From: Acidobacteriota bacterium | GTDB taxonomy: Bacteria > Acidobacteriota > Blastocatellia > Pyrinomonadales > Pyrinomonadaceae | Length of the DNA stretch: 64,000 nt | NCBI GenBank assembly: GCA_019639215.1 | Contig: JAHBSH010000001.1 | Span: forward strand, 20,281 to 84,280 | Reading direction: 5' to 3' | In this document: positions 9,499-17,175 of the stretch, piece by piece | Layout: each line of letters starts with the position of its first letter | Position numbering within the stretch: the stretch's first letter is position 1 | Translations under genes and position numbers: made by a program | Notes under the pieces: model-generated | What the model saw: only the letters and a program-made list of their open reading frames with translations | The model's database searches: none | Told to the model about the DNA's origin: nothing

Positions 9499-9858
9499 CT
9501 ATTCCTTCTCCCAGCTTGTCACGCTGAACTTGCCTTCAAGGTCGCGGTAAATAACAGCGGTAACGTAGTATTTCGATTCTTTGTCACCGTCTTTTTCTGC
9601 AACTCTAAGACGCACGCGGAAATTAAGCCCGGCCACGACCTGCTTCTCTGCTTTTGAGATCTTTATCAGGTGAAAATTCTCGCCCTGTTCCTTTACCGCA
9701 AAATCGGCAGCCTCTTTTACAGCTTTGTCTGACTTTTTAGCTTTTTGATAACCGCCAACGACTGGCGTCGTCTGTGCATTGGTTTCGACGGAACCAAAAA
9801 CAAAAAATGCCGCAAAGAAAAGTGTTCCAAATAAAAGTGTCTTTTGTATCATGTCCAT
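9499..9858 (-). CDS. secreted cystatin-like protein (putative cysteine protease inhibitor)
   Basis: ORF track gives 9499..9993; the likely start is ATG 9858 (or 9852), giving MDMIQKTLLFGTLFFAAFFVFGSVETNAQ as a signal peptide. The mature part carries VVGG (9751-9762), QVVAG (9628-9642) and a C-terminal SW, which are the three cystatin inhibitory elements. Confidence 0.65.
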   Translation of the reverse strand: MDMIQKTLLFGTLFFAAFFVFGSVETNAQTTPVVGGYQKAKKSDKAVKEAADFAVKEQGENFHLIKISKAEKQVVAGLNFRVRLRVAEKDGDKESKYYVTAVIYRDLEGKFSVTSWEKE

Positions 9859-10020
9859 TAACCCCTTGCTATGTGAAGAATTACTATCAATTTTTACATT
9901 TGCAGCATTGTATTTTCGCTGCCTTACATAACTTGAACGTCTTGACGACGAAAAGCTTGCACTTATTTTCACAAACCTTCCGATCAATAACAAATTAAAG
10001 ACAGTGAGTTTTAAGCTGAA

Positions 10021-11235
10021 TTAAAAAAGGCTGCGGAGGCTATTTCTCATACGACTGACTACGTCTTTTCCTGTAAGTGTCGCACGATCCACGACATTTG
10101 TGTTCATTACTATGATCGACGCCTGCCGGGTTGCCGGCTCGACATCTATATAACTCAAGAATCCATTCTGGTCGCCGCCATGGCCGATAAGCTTGCGGTT
10201 ATTGCTGCGGTCAATGAAATATGTCAGACCAATATCGGTCGAAAAACCGGGATTACCGTTTGCGTCAACAGCCGTTGGCAATTGCGGCTGCCACATTTCT
10301 TCGAGCGAGGAGCGTTTTAGGACGACATCATAAAAAGACCGGTTGGCTCCCGCCACCCCGTCCGCCGAAGCGACGTCCACCTCTCCTCGGGCGGGAGGTG
10401 AGTTTCTATTTCCGGTCAAGAAGTTCAGATACTTGACCATATCGGAGATCGGCGAATTCAGGCCGCTGTTTGAAACGGTGATACCTGTGTCAGCATCAAA
10501 ACGACCTTCGGTTCTCTTTCCGTCACGAATGTAGTAAGAATGTGAACGGTGTTTCAACAGGTGCGGCGGTGTCGTATCAAAATAGGTATTTCGCATACCC
10601 AGCGGACGAAAGATGTTCTTATCTATATAGCTTTCGTATGGTTCGCCGCTTACTTCTTCTATGATCCTGGACAGATATATGATGCCCGGATTTGAATAGC
10701 TGAATTTGCTGCCGGGTTTGAACAGCACTTCGGTAAACGGAAACATTGCTACAAGCTGCGACCATTCCGTAGGTTCAAAAGGTTCCCACGGTTTGTTGTT
10801 GCGCCACGGCCATGTGCCGCCGCGAAAGCCGCCTGAATGCGTCAGCAGATGTTTGATGGTGATCTCGTCCATCGAACCAAAAGAATTGTGTACCTTGCGA
10901 AGTTCAGGGACGTATTTTGTGATAGGATCATCCAATTTTAGCAGTCCGCGGTCACGGAGCTGCATTATCGCGATCCCTGTAAAAGGTTTTGTGTTCGATG
11001 CCCAATGATAGATCGTCTCTCTATCAACGGCCTGTTTCTTTTCTTCATTCGCTAAGCCGAAATGCTCTTCGGCGATCACCTTGCCGTCTTTCACAAAGAC
11101 AAAACTGCTACCGACTATGCCTGCGTCGGTCAGTTCTTTTTTGTATGTTTCGCGAAACGCGGCGAATTTATCGGTCTGTGCCTGCATAAACGTTACGGAC
11201 AAAATTACCAGCAAAGTTAACTGAACGAGTTTCAT
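10021..11235 (-). CDS. serine hydrolase, beta-lactamase/PBP4*-like family, secreted
   Basis: 404 aa. Signal peptide MKLVQLTLLVILSVTFMQAQ. SxxK active-site motif in YHWASNTKPFTGIAI. HSGG and HGG motifs further on. Confidence 0.8.
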   Translation of the reverse strand: MKLVQLTLLVILSVTFMQAQTDKFAAFRETYKKELTDAGIVGSSFVFVKDGKVIAEEHFGLANEEKKQAVDRETIYHWASNTKPFTGIAIMQLRDRGLLKLDDPITKYVPELRKVHNSFGSMDEITIKHLLTHSGGFRGGTWPWRNNKPWEPFEPTEWSQLVAMFPFTEVLFKPGSKFSYSNPGIIYLSRIIEEVSGEPYESYIDKNIFRPLGMRNTYFDTTPPHLLKHRSHSYYIRDGKRTEGRFDADTGITVSNSGLNSPISDMVKYLNFLTGNRNSPPARGEVDVASADGVAGANRSFYDVVLKRSSLEEMWQPQLPTAVDANGNPGFSTDIGLTYFIDRSNNRKLIGHGGDQNGFLSYIDVEPATRQASIIVMNTNVVDRATLTGKDVVSRMRNSLRSLF

Positions 11236-11408
11236 AAGCAGATCGTTTTGGAGCCATCAAAGTATTCCGTTCTAAACTTCATTTATTAGAGCAAAGTTTT
11301 CTTACTATACAGTCTTTTTTAGTCAGAAAGAAGGTTTTGCACATTCCAGCTGACTGAACCTCTTGGAAGTCGTGTTTTTTTCACAAGTCCTGATATATTA
11401 TTAATGAA

Positions 11409-13292
11409 ATGAGCGTTTACGAGGAACTGACCGATTCACAACAATTTGCCTGCCGCGTGATAGCAGATCATGCGCGTTCGACCACGTTTGCTATTGCCGA
11501 CGGCATTCTGCCCGGCAACGAGGGCCGCAACTATGTTCTGCGAAAGATAATGCGGCGCGCCATCTATCACGGCCGCGAACATCTGGGCCTGAAAGACGCG
11601 TTCTTCTATAAGGTTTGCGACAAGGTCGTTGACGAGATGCAGGACGCATATCCCGAGATCGGTGTCCAGAGAGATTTCATCGGCAAGATGGTACGGATCG
11701 AGGAAGAAAAGTTCGGTAACACTGTCACGGTCGGATTGGGGAAACTGAATGAATTAGGCGTAAATGCTGATGCGGGTAATGATCCTGAGCTTTTTGTTAA
11801 CATTGCAAAGCTCTACGACACATACGGAACGCCGCGCGACCTTATCCGCGTTTTTCTTGAAGAAAATGGGATCGTGTTTGAGGAAGAAGATTTCAATGAA
11901 CGATTTGATGCCGCACTTCAGGAATTACAGCAGCAGTCTGGCGTCGGGCAAACACAGAGAAAAACTGCATTGAGTCCCGTTTATGCCGAACTGTCGGAGA
12001 GCGTCGGCAAGCTGAATTTCCACGGCTACGAGACCACATTTCTTGAGGATGCTGAGGTCGTTGCGATCATCAGGGACGAGCAGCGTATTGATGAGCTAAA
12101 GCAGGGTGAAGAAGGCCTTATCGTTCTTCGCGACACGCCCTTTTATGCCGAATCAGGCGGACAGGTCGGCGATACGGGTTCACTTTTCAATTCGGACGCG
12201 CGCGTAAAGGTCTTGGACACATTTGCTCCGGTCACGGGCGTCAATCTGCATAAATCAAAGGTTGAGCAAGGCACGATTAAGGTCGGTGACAAGGTCACAG
12301 CCTCGGTCGATGCCGTAAAGCGCGACGCAACAAGGCGAAATCACACAGCGACGCACCTTGTCCACGCTGCACTTCGCGAGGTTTTAGGAACACACGTAAA
12401 ACAGGCTGGTTCGGTCGTGGCTCCGGGCTATCTTCGGTTTGACTACACACACTATCAGCCGCTGACAGAGGCTGAGATCAATGAGATAGAGGACATCGTC
12501 AACCGCCACATTCTGGAAAACGAACCGGTTAATACCAACGTAATGGCTATTGAAGAAGCTATGAAAAGCGGTGCGATGGCTCTATTTGGTGAAAAATACG
12601 GTTCGGATGTTCGCGTGCTGAGCGTCGGTGACGGGCAGTTCTCAAAAGAACTTTGCGGCGGAACGCACGTTCGCGCAACAGGTGACATTGGCAGCCTTAA
12701 AATAACTGCGGACGAGGCAATAGCATCAGGAGTTCGCCGTATCAGAGCGATAACCGGTTTTGATTCTTTCCATCGTTTTCGTGAGGACGAAGGCCTTATC
12801 GCACGTTCACTAAACGCATTGAAAACACAGCGTGACAATTTGCCTAATGCAATAGAACGTCTGCAGGAAGAGCTGAAACGAACGCGGAAAGAGGCAGATG
12901 AGCTAAAGATGAAGCTGGCTACCGGCGGCGGGGCGGGCGGACAGGACAGCGATGAGGTGCGTGAGATCGGCGGCGTAAAGGTCGTGGCAAAGATCGTTGA
13001 CGGCCTGGACAAGGGCGGAATGCGGCACCTTTCTGATACCTTGCTGGCACGGCTTAAGAGCGGCGTCGTGATCTTAGGACGGACCGAAGAAGATAAGGTT
13101 TCGTTCATCGTGCGCGTTTCTGACGATCTCACCGGCAAGATAAAAGCGGGCAATATCATAAAAGAAATGGCCGAGACGGTCGGCGGACGCGGCGGCGGAC
13201 GACCTGACATGGCCGAAGGCGGCGGTAGCGAACCTATTAAGGCTAACGATGCCATTGCAAAAGCACTTAAGCTTATAGAAGAAGCGGCATAG
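11409..13292 (+). CDS. alaS: alanyl-tRNA synthetase homolog lacking the class II catalytic core (tRNA-recognition helical subdomain + editing domain + C-Ala domain only)
   Basis: 627 aa. Begins at ...RVIADHARSTTFAIADGILPGNEGRNYVLRKIMRRA, which corresponds to about residue 270-310 of E. coli AlaRS (from memory). Editing motifs HTATH and CGGTH, plus FYAESGGQVGD and C-terminal GGRGGGRPDMAEGGG, are present. Motifs 1-3 are absent. In-frame TGA at 11391-11393. Confidence 0.85.
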   Translation: MSVYEELTDSQQFACRVIADHARSTTFAIADGILPGNEGRNYVLRKIMRRAIYHGREHLGLKDAFFYKVCDKVVDEMQDAYPEIGVQRDFIGKMVRIEEEKFGNTVTVGLGKLNELGVNADAGNDPELFVNIAKLYDTYGTPRDLIRVFLEENGIVFEEEDFNERFDAALQELQQQSGVGQTQRKTALSPVYAELSESVGKLNFHGYETTFLEDAEVVAIIRDEQRIDELKQGEEGLIVLRDTPFYAESGGQVGDTGSLFNSDARVKVLDTFAPVTGVNLHKSKVEQGTIKVGDKVTASVDAVKRDATRRNHTATHLVHAALREVLGTHVKQAGSVVAPGYLRFDYTHYQPLTEAEINEIEDIVNRHILENEPVNTNVMAIEEAMKSGAMALFGEKYGSDVRVLSVGDGQFSKELCGGTHVRATGDIGSLKITADEAIASGVRRIRAITGFDSFHRFREDEGLIARSLNALKTQRDNLPNAIERLQEELKRTRKEADELKMKLATGGGAGGQDSDEVREIGGVKVVAKIVDGLDKGGMRHLSDTLLARLKSGVVILGRTEEDKVSFIVRVSDDLTGKIKAGNIIKEMAETVGGRGGGRPDMAEGGGSEPIKANDAIAKALKLIEEAA

Positions 13293-13330
13293 CTTCTTCT
13301 ATTCTGCACTTTTCACTGAAACAGAAGCGG

Positions 13331-14959
13331 ATGATCTCTGCATTGTCTATGAAACCTTCAGAACGACAATATCAGACTGATGACATCGTCTCTTTTGATC
13401 CCGCAACAGGAAGAAAACTCGGAACTGTGCCTGCATTTTCCGCCGAGGATGTGCAAGAAGCGGTAAACAGATCCAGAGAGGCTTTTAATGAATGGAAAAA
13501 ATCCTCGTTTGCCGAAAGAAAATCTTTCGTAATGAAGGCAAGAGAGGTAATCCTTAATGAACTTGACGACATTGCAGACCTGATCTCACGCGAAACCGGA
13601 AAACCAAGATCCGAGGCAATTGCAATGGAGATCGCTCCTGTCCTCGATCTGATGCAATGGGTCGCTCGCAACGCTGAAAGGATGCTGCGGCCAAAACGGA
13701 TCGGACTTGGGCTATACGGTCTAATGGGGCGTTCATCAAAGGTCTCTTATCGCCCACTTGGGGTTGTTGGCATAATTCCCGCCTGGAACTATCCTTTCTC
13801 GATACCGCTCGGTGAAGCGGTTATGGCATTGATGGCAGGAAACACGGTCATCATTAAGCCTTCTGAACTGACACCGCTTGTCGGGCAAAAGATCGGAGAT
13901 ATCTTTGATCGTTCTGATCTGCCGGATGATGTGGTTCAGGTAATAACCGGTGGTGGAGCAACCGGTGCCGCATTGGTCAGTGCCGGACCGGATAAGATCA
14001 TGTTCACTGGCTCGGTCGCCACCGGTAAAAAGATACTTGCGGCGGCCGCAGAAAAGATGGTTCCGGTCGTGCTCGAACTCGGCGGCAAGGATGCAATGAT
14101 CGTTTTTGACGACGCGAATATCGAGCTTGCGGCAGAGGCTGCCGTTTGGGCTGCGTTTGCCAACAGCGGTCAATCCTGCTGTTCTGTCGAAAGGCTGTAC
14201 GTTCAAAGAAACGCCGCTGAAAAGCTGTCCGCAAAGATCATTGAAAAAACCGGCAGTCTGAAACAGGGCGTGGGCAATGATCCGACGGTTTCAATCGGAT
14301 CAATGTCATCAGAAAGGCAGATCAGTATTGTAGAAGATCACATCCGGGAGTTTGAAAAAGCAGGCGCAAAGATAATGACGGGCGGTAAGAGAAATTCTTC
14401 GCTTGCCGGGCTTTCATCGGGCGAGAATTTATTTTACGAGCCGACCGTGATCACAGGAGCCAACAACAGAATGCGTCCGATGCAGGAAGAGACCTTTGGC
14501 CCTACATTGCCGATAGTTGTATTTGACACTGAAGAAGAGGCGATCGCGTTGGCAAATGACAGTGAGTTTGGCCTGACCGCGAGTGTCTGGACAAGAGATC
14601 GATCACGCGGTCGACGCGTCGCCTATCAGATCGAAGCGGGAACAGTCACCATAAATGACGTAATGTACACCCATGGCATAGGCCAGACGCCGTGGGGCGG
14701 TTTCAAAAACAGCGGTCGCGGACGCACTCATGGCATTGAAGGTTTAATGGAGCTCGTCCAGCCGCAACATATCCACACCAATCATTTTCCGCTTTTGCCA
14801 AACGCCTGGTGGCTGCCATATTCACCGTCTGCCGACGGATTGTTCCACGATCTCGCAACAAGATTCGCATCCGGCTCCCTGTTTAAAACTTCGCTCATGC
14901 TGCCAAAGCTGATGCGTAGAACCAGAGAACTCTTAAAACTCAGAAAAGGAGAAAAATGA
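13331..14959 (+). CDS. NAD(P)-dependent aldehyde dehydrogenase family protein
   Basis: 542 aa. IIPAWNYPF, FTGSVATGKKI, VVLELGGKDA, catalytic Cys in NSGQSCCSVERLYV, and EETFGP. Has a C-terminal extension of ~60 aa. Alternative start ATG 13349. Confidence 0.9.
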   Translation: MISALSMKPSERQYQTDDIVSFDPATGRKLGTVPAFSAEDVQEAVNRSREAFNEWKKSSFAERKSFVMKAREVILNELDDIADLISRETGKPRSEAIAMEIAPVLDLMQWVARNAERMLRPKRIGLGLYGLMGRSSKVSYRPLGVVGIIPAWNYPFSIPLGEAVMALMAGNTVIIKPSELTPLVGQKIGDIFDRSDLPDDVVQVITGGGATGAALVSAGPDKIMFTGSVATGKKILAAAAEKMVPVVLELGGKDAMIVFDDANIELAAEAAVWAAFANSGQSCCSVERLYVQRNAAEKLSAKIIEKTGSLKQGVGNDPTVSIGSMSSERQISIVEDHIREFEKAGAKIMTGGKRNSSLAGLSSGENLFYEPTVITGANNRMRPMQEETFGPTLPIVVFDTEEEAIALANDSEFGLTASVWTRDRSRGRRVAYQIEAGTVTINDVMYTHGIGQTPWGGFKNSGRGRTHGIEGLMELVQPQHIHTNHFPLLPNAWWLPYSPSADGLFHDLATRFASGSLFKTSLMLPKLMRRTRELLKLRKGEK

Positions 14960-15369
14960 AAAATAAAACATCACTCGCGGCTCTGTCCATTCTCTTCATT
15001 GCGGTTTTAGCCTGTTCGACAGGTGGAACGGAAAAAGCAGGTGAAGCGGTCGAGGTCTTTCACCAGAGGCTGAACGGCGGACAGTTCTCTGACATCTATA
15101 AAGATGCTTCGGCTGAATTCAAGAGCTCAACGGCAGAAAGCCAATTAGATGGACTTCTGAGCCTAGTAAAGAAAAAGCTTGGCAACGTTAAGGAAGCAAA
15201 ACAAACCTCGTGGGAGCACAGCAAAAATACCGACGGAGACATCGTCACGCTGAAATATGATGTGGAATTTGCAAATGGCTCAGGAACGGAAGAATTTATG
15301 TATAAGATAGTAGATGAGAAGGCACTGCTTTTTAACTACAAGATAAATTCCCCGGTACTGCAGGATTAG
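14956..15369 (+). CDS. hypothetical lipoprotein
   Basis: 137 aa. Signal peptide with lipobox (LSILFIAVLAC-STGG). The start overlaps the aldehyde dehydrogenase stop (ATGA 14956-14959). I recognise no family. Confidence 0.55.
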   Translation: MKNKTSLAALSILFIAVLACSTGGTEKAGEAVEVFHQRLNGGQFSDIYKDASAEFKSSTAESQLDGLLSLVKKKLGNVKEAKQTSWEHSKNTDGDIVTLKYDVEFANGSGTEEFMYKIVDEKALLFNYKINSPVLQD

Positions 15370-15403
15370 CAGTATTCCCGTTTGTCATCCTGATCCAGAG
15401 ATA

Positions 15404-16219
15404 ATGAAGAAACGCCAAAGAGAAGAGCTTATAGAAAAGATCAAGAATGGCATTGCCATGCCGCGTTTGCAGATCTCGGTCATTTTGGCTATCACCGCTC
15501 TGATCGGCTTTGTCACGTCATTCATATTACTCAAAGCCGGCTTGACCTCGATGATGCTGCGGTATCCTTTGGCAGTAATTGCAGCCTACATTGGATTTCT
15601 GTTCCTTCTTCGTATTTGGTTATGGTGGCAATCAGACGAACCTGCGGGATCGCTTGACGTCAGCGATGTAGTAATCCCTAACATCGATGTTTCAGGATTT
15701 GGCGGTAGCAGCGAGGCTCCTCGAGCCGTGTTTGGCGGTGGGGGCGATTTTGCAGGCGGCGGGTCGGGCGGCGATTGGTCGGGCAGCGATGTGCCAAAAC
15801 CGATCCCTGTGGCATTTGCACCTGGTTCTGGTCCGGCGCCCGTACCGCTTCGTTCGGCATCATTAGGGTCATCCTCGAGCGGAAGTTCATCAGGAAGCTG
15901 GGGTTTTGACATCGATCTGGATGACGGTATCGCCCTTGTCGTTGTTCTGATCGTCATCGCCCTTGTGCTGAGCGCTTTGATCTATGTTGTATGGATTGCC
16001 CCGGTTCTTTTGGCTGAACTGCTTATAGACGCCGCATTGGTAGGCGGGCTTTACGGATCAGTAAAGAACATCGAAAGGCGCCATTGGCTTCTAACAGCAC
16101 TCCGAAAAACAGCATTGCCCGCGTTGGTTGTCATGATACTGTTCGCTATTGCCGGATTTGCGATGGAAGCAGCCAACCAAGATGCGGTCACTATAGGACA
16201 ATTTCTGAAAGGTCTATGA
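15404..16219 (+). CDS. hypothetical polytopic membrane protein with Gly/Ser-rich loop
   Basis: 271 aa. At least 4 hydrophobic helices flank a low-complexity segment (FGGSSEAPRAVFGGGGDFAGGGSGGDWSGS...SSSSGSSSGSWGF). I recognise no family. Confidence 0.5.
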   Translation: MKKRQREELIEKIKNGIAMPRLQISVILAITALIGFVTSFILLKAGLTSMMLRYPLAVIAAYIGFLFLLRIWLWWQSDEPAGSLDVSDVVIPNIDVSGFGGSSEAPRAVFGGGGDFAGGGSGGDWSGSDVPKPIPVAFAPGSGPAPVPLRSASLGSSSSGSSSGSWGFDIDLDDGIALVVVLIVIALVLSALIYVVWIAPVLLAELLIDAALVGGLYGSVKNIERRHWLLTALRKTALPALVVMILFAIAGFAMEAANQDAVTIGQFLKGL

Positions 16220-16239
16220 CCAGCGTGTAACATAAGCAT

Positions 16240-17028
16240 ATGACAAAAATGCCGGTGATATTTTTTGGCCATGGCAGCCCAATGAATGCGATAGCTGACA
16301 ACAGCTATACACGCGGGTGGAGTGAGATCGGTAATTCTATCTCAAAGCCAAAAGCAATACTCTGTATTTCGGCTCATTGGTATATTCCGGCAGTCGCTGT
16401 TACAGCAATGGAAAGACCACGCACGATACACGATTTCGGCGGATTTCCTAAAGAACTTTATGCGATGCAGTATCCGGCTCCTGGTTCGCCTGACCTAGCA
16501 GACAGGATCGCCGAAATATTAGGAGACACGGTTTCGGTAATAAAAGACGACCAGCACTGGGGACTGGATCACGGAACATGGTCGGTTTTGTGTCATGTAT
16601 TTCCGGATGCTGATATTCCGATTGTTCAGCTTTCTTTGAAGGAAGATGAGCCTGCCGAATTTCACTACGAACTGGCAAAAAACTTGGCACCTCTGCGTGA
16701 TGAGGGTGTGATGGTCATTGGAAGCGGCAATATTGTTCATAACCTTCACGCATACGCGTGGGGAAAACATGATGTCGAACCTTTTGATTGGGCAGAGCGG
16801 TTTGAAGAATTAGCACGCAATATCGTCCTTTCAAATGATCACAGCCAACTCGTTAACTATGAGCAACTGGGTAGCGATGCGATGCTTTCTGTCCCGACGC
16901 CCGATCACTTTTTACCACTTCTTTACATACTTGCTCTAAGTACAGAAGACGACAAGGTTTCATTCCCTGTCAGCGGCTTTGACGGCGGCTCCATATCTAT
17001 GACGACCGTCAAGTTCTCAGAAATGTAA
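16240..17028 (+). CDS. ygiD: 4,5-DOPA dioxygenase extradiol-like (class III extradiol dioxygenase, YgiD family)
   Basis: MPVIFFGHGSPMNAIADNSYTRGWSEIG...ILCISAHW closely parallels E. coli YgiD (MPALFLGHGSPMNVLEDNLYTRSW...VVVSAHW, from memory). Confidence 0.85.
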   Translation: MTKMPVIFFGHGSPMNAIADNSYTRGWSEIGNSISKPKAILCISAHWYIPAVAVTAMERPRTIHDFGGFPKELYAMQYPAPGSPDLADRIAEILGDTVSVIKDDQHWGLDHGTWSVLCHVFPDADIPIVQLSLKEDEPAEFHYELAKNLAPLRDEGVMVIGSGNIVHNLHAYAWGKHDVEPFDWAERFEELARNIVLSNDHSQLVNYEQLGSDAMLSVPTPDHFLPLLYILALSTEDDKVSFPVSGFDGGSISMTTVKFSEM

Positions 17029-17175
17029 CCATTACAGCATTTATCTGGGTTCATCTCGTGCTTTTTACAAGCCATTCGTGTCTCATATTTTACCTATTTT
17101 GATCGAAACCTTTACTAAGGTGCGTTTATTCCAATAAACTCAGATAACTCTTTTTTTGTTCCCACTGATCAACAC

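Noticed and set aside
11236-11408. T-box or other leader, or frameshifted AlaRS N-terminal remnants, upstream of alaS
   Set aside because: No T-box sequence (AATTAGGGTGGTACCGCG-like) is present. No frame encodes AlaRS motifs such as FTNAGM, RAGGKHNDLE or FFEMLGNFSFGDYFK. The region is AT-rich with stops in all frames.
12455-13309. 284-aa ORF antisense to alaS
   Set aside because: It lies entirely inside and antisense to a well-supported gene. The Ser/Arg/Pro-rich low-complexity composition is typical of shadow ORFs, and it has no motifs.
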